From Acidimicrobiaceae bacterium (lineage in GTDB: Bacteria; Actinomycetota; Acidimicrobiia; Acidimicrobiales; RAAP-2), in assembly GCA_003164095.1 (NCBI GenBank), contig PLRX01000043.1, positions 47,618 through 111,617 on the forward strand: a stretch of 64,000 nt of DNA, written 5' to 3'. Both the position numbers and the translations under genes were made by a program. The notes under the pieces are model-generated. The model worked only from the letters and a program-made list of their open reading frames with translations, made no database searches and was not told the DNA's origin. Position 1 is the first letter of the stretch. Each line of letters starts with the position of its first letter. This document shows, piece by piece, positions 62,576 to 64,000 of the stretch.

Positions 62576-63159
62576 CGTCCGGTGCCGGACCCGAGGGCGG
62601 CCAGCCGGCCACCGGACGTCGGGTCGAGCGGGACCAGGGGACCGAGGTCTGACCGTCCCGGATCGGTGAACCCGGCGTCGACCAGCGCCTGTTCGGCGAC
62701 GTCCCGCAGCACCGGGTTGCCCGGCCGCTGGCACGTGCCCAAGGCGCAGGATCCACCGGCGGCGTGGCTCTCTTGCCAGACGATCTCCCACCGCAGGAGG
62801 TACCCGAGGCCCTCCAGCAGGCCGATGACGTCGGCAGTCAGCGACCGGTGGGGCTTGCGGCCGAGGCCGGCCACGTTCACGGCGATCCGGCCGCCGGGCT
62901 CGAACTTGGTGAAGCACTGGGCGAACACGTCGTGGAGCATGTCCAGGTCCCGGGCGTCACCGACCCAGACGGTGTCGAAGGCGGTGGCCCGGCCCACCGC
63001 GGCGGCGTCGGAGAGGTTCGGCGCGGTGAACCGGTCGTAGAACCCGGAGGCGTCACGCCCCTCCCGGCGACCCACCCCGAACGACGTGGTGGTCGCCCGC
63101 CGCCGGGGCGCCGACCGGTCGGCCAGGTCGGCAGGCGCGGTGGCGGGGCGTGCTGCCAT
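62572..63159 (-). CDS. N4/N6 DNA methyltransferase-like protein lacking the (D/S)PPY catalytic block
   Basis: FGVGRREGRDASGFYDRF, GDARDLD then directly MLHDVFAQC...PGGRIAVNVAGLGRKPHRSL...GNPVLRD. The segment that carries TSPPY in my recollection of homologues is absent. Confidence 0.6.
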   Translation of the reverse strand: MAARPATAPADLADRSAPRRRATTTSFGVGRREGRDASGFYDRFTAPNLSDAAAVGRATAFDTVWVGDARDLDMLHDVFAQCFTKFEPGGRIAVNVAGLGRKPHRSLTADVIGLLEGLGYLLRWEIVWQESHAAGGSCALGTCQRPGNPVLRDVAEQALVDAGFTDPGRSDLGPLVPLDPTSGGRLAALGSGTGR

Positions 63160-63249
63160 CTGGCCGAGGTTACCGGCGCGCCCGCGCGGGCCAGCGGATG
63201 GGGCCGTCCGCCTCCGGTCGGTCCGGGGGACGACCCCGGGACGTGCCCG

Positions 63250-64000
63250 TCAGGCTGCGGCGAGGTGGGCGCTCACCGACTCGCCCACGACCGCGCAGGC
63301 GGCCAGCGACACACAGGACACGCCTGTCAGCGGCAGGGCCACGGCGACGGAGGCGGTCCGGCGCCAGATCGTCGCCGACCGCCCGGTTGCCGGGGCGAGG
63401 AGTACGGTGCCGGCCTGGACGTCGGTGGCCACCGTCGCGCCGACGGCCACGCACGGCCCGGCACCGCACGAGACGTCGAGGAGGTCCGCCACGGAGGCGG
63501 GCACCGGCTCGGACGACCAGGTGCCACTGCCGTTCAAGGTCAGGACCACGGCCTGCCCCGTGCGGGCGCTGTCCAGCACGGTGGAGGTCGTGCCCACCGC
63601 CGTGCAGGCGACCGTGACGGTGGCCGGCCGGGCGGCGAGGGGTGTGCAGTCGACGGCATTGATGGCGCCGGTCCCCGCGGGCACCGTCTGGGGGACCCAG
63701 GTGGTCCCGCCGTCGGCGCTGGCGTCGATCGACCCGACCGCGTGCGACGGGTCGACGGCGTCCGACGCGGTCGCCCAGCAGCTGAGGCTGTCGGTGCAGG
63801 CCAGAGACGTCGCGACCGATGCAGCCACCGGGAGGAGGCCGCTGGCGGTCCAGGCTCCGCCGGCGCCAGTGGGCGTGAGCGTCGTCACCCTGCCGGACAC
63901 GGTGCCCAGTGCGATGCACCGGCCCCCGTGCGGGCAGGCGACCGCGGTCACGTCGGTCGTGCCGGGCGGCACGGGCTGCGATGACCAGGTAGTCCCGGAG
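63250..64000 (-). CDS. Asp-box (BNR-like) repeat protein, C-terminal part (5' end outside window)
   Basis: The frame is open to the window edge. SADGGTTW, plus degenerate GSGTWSS and SGTTWSS repeats, with many paired Cys. Confidence 0.6.
   Translation of the reverse strand, partial: SGTTWSSQPVPPGTTDVTAVACPHGGRCIALGTVSGRVTTLTPTGAGGAWTASGLLPVAASVATSLACTDSLSCWATASDAVDPSHAVGSIDASADGGTTWVPQTVPAGTGAINAVDCTPLAARPATVTVACTAVGTTSTVLDSARTGQAVVLTLNGSGTWSSEPVPASVADLLDVSCGAGPCVAVGATVATDVQAGTVLLAPATGRSATIWRRTASVAVALPLTGVSCVSLAACAVVGESVSAHLAAA

Noticed and set aside
1-64000. Mobile genetic element, prophage, defence system (restriction-modification, toxin-antitoxin, CBASS and similar) or genomic island.
   Set aside because: There is no integrase, transposase, recombinase, terminal inverted repeat or flanking tRNA. 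There is no compositional break of island size. The only DNA-methylase-like ORF is degenerate and has no nuclease partner. The HicA-like resemblance of the 57485-57754 product is too weak, and no antitoxin-like partner is adjacent.

Overview
This is a very GC-rich chromosomal segment, with third codon positions almost all G/C. It looks actinobacterial because it carries a mycothiol-type formaldehyde dehydrogenase operon, Thr/Pro-linker lipoproteins and frequent GTG starts with 4-nt gene overlaps. I call about 65 protein-coding genes and several gene remnants. I recognised no rRNA, tRNA, CRISPR array, transposase, integrase or phage genes.

Content from left to right:
- 1-24 kb: housekeeping and catabolic genes. 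These include sulfatase, SDRs, an acyl-CoA carboxylase beta subunit, acyl-CoA dehydrogenase, aldehyde dehydrogenase, rlmN, a NrtR-like Nudix regulator, and a CsoR-controlled copper permease.
- 24.2-32.9 kb: a stress island built around a SigB/SigF-type sigma factor. It holds two STAS proteins, two RsbW-like proteins, a CHASE3 histidine kinase, a REC-PP2C phosphatase, an extra receiver, a hemerythrin, a PfpI/DJ-1-like protein, CsbD and a tiny membrane protein.
- 36-40 kb: panD, followed by an operon encoding a PRTase-dienelactone hydrolase fusion and an erythromycin-esterase-like protein.
- 40-57 kb: a large GH3 glycosidase and a catabolic block with two P450s, an Rrf2 regulator, amidohydrolases, an LLM oxidoreductase, a Rieske oxygenase and a crotonase. 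KstR-like operator boxes lie in this block.
- 58-64 kb: a mycothiol-dependent formaldehyde detoxification pair, a PLP decarboxylase and methyltransferases.

The most interesting signals are:
- The partner-switching island itself, with a set of SigB/F-like promoter motifs and a duplicated -35 element.
- A sigma-adjacent RsbW-like protein that seems to lack ATP-binding motifs, while an orphan paralogue keeps them.
- A high density of disrupted genes. These are two in-frame TAG codons at positions I recall as Gln in homologues, several 1-nt frame shifts at short homopolymers, and internally deleted remnants.

All family assignments come from motif recognition by eye. No database search was run.
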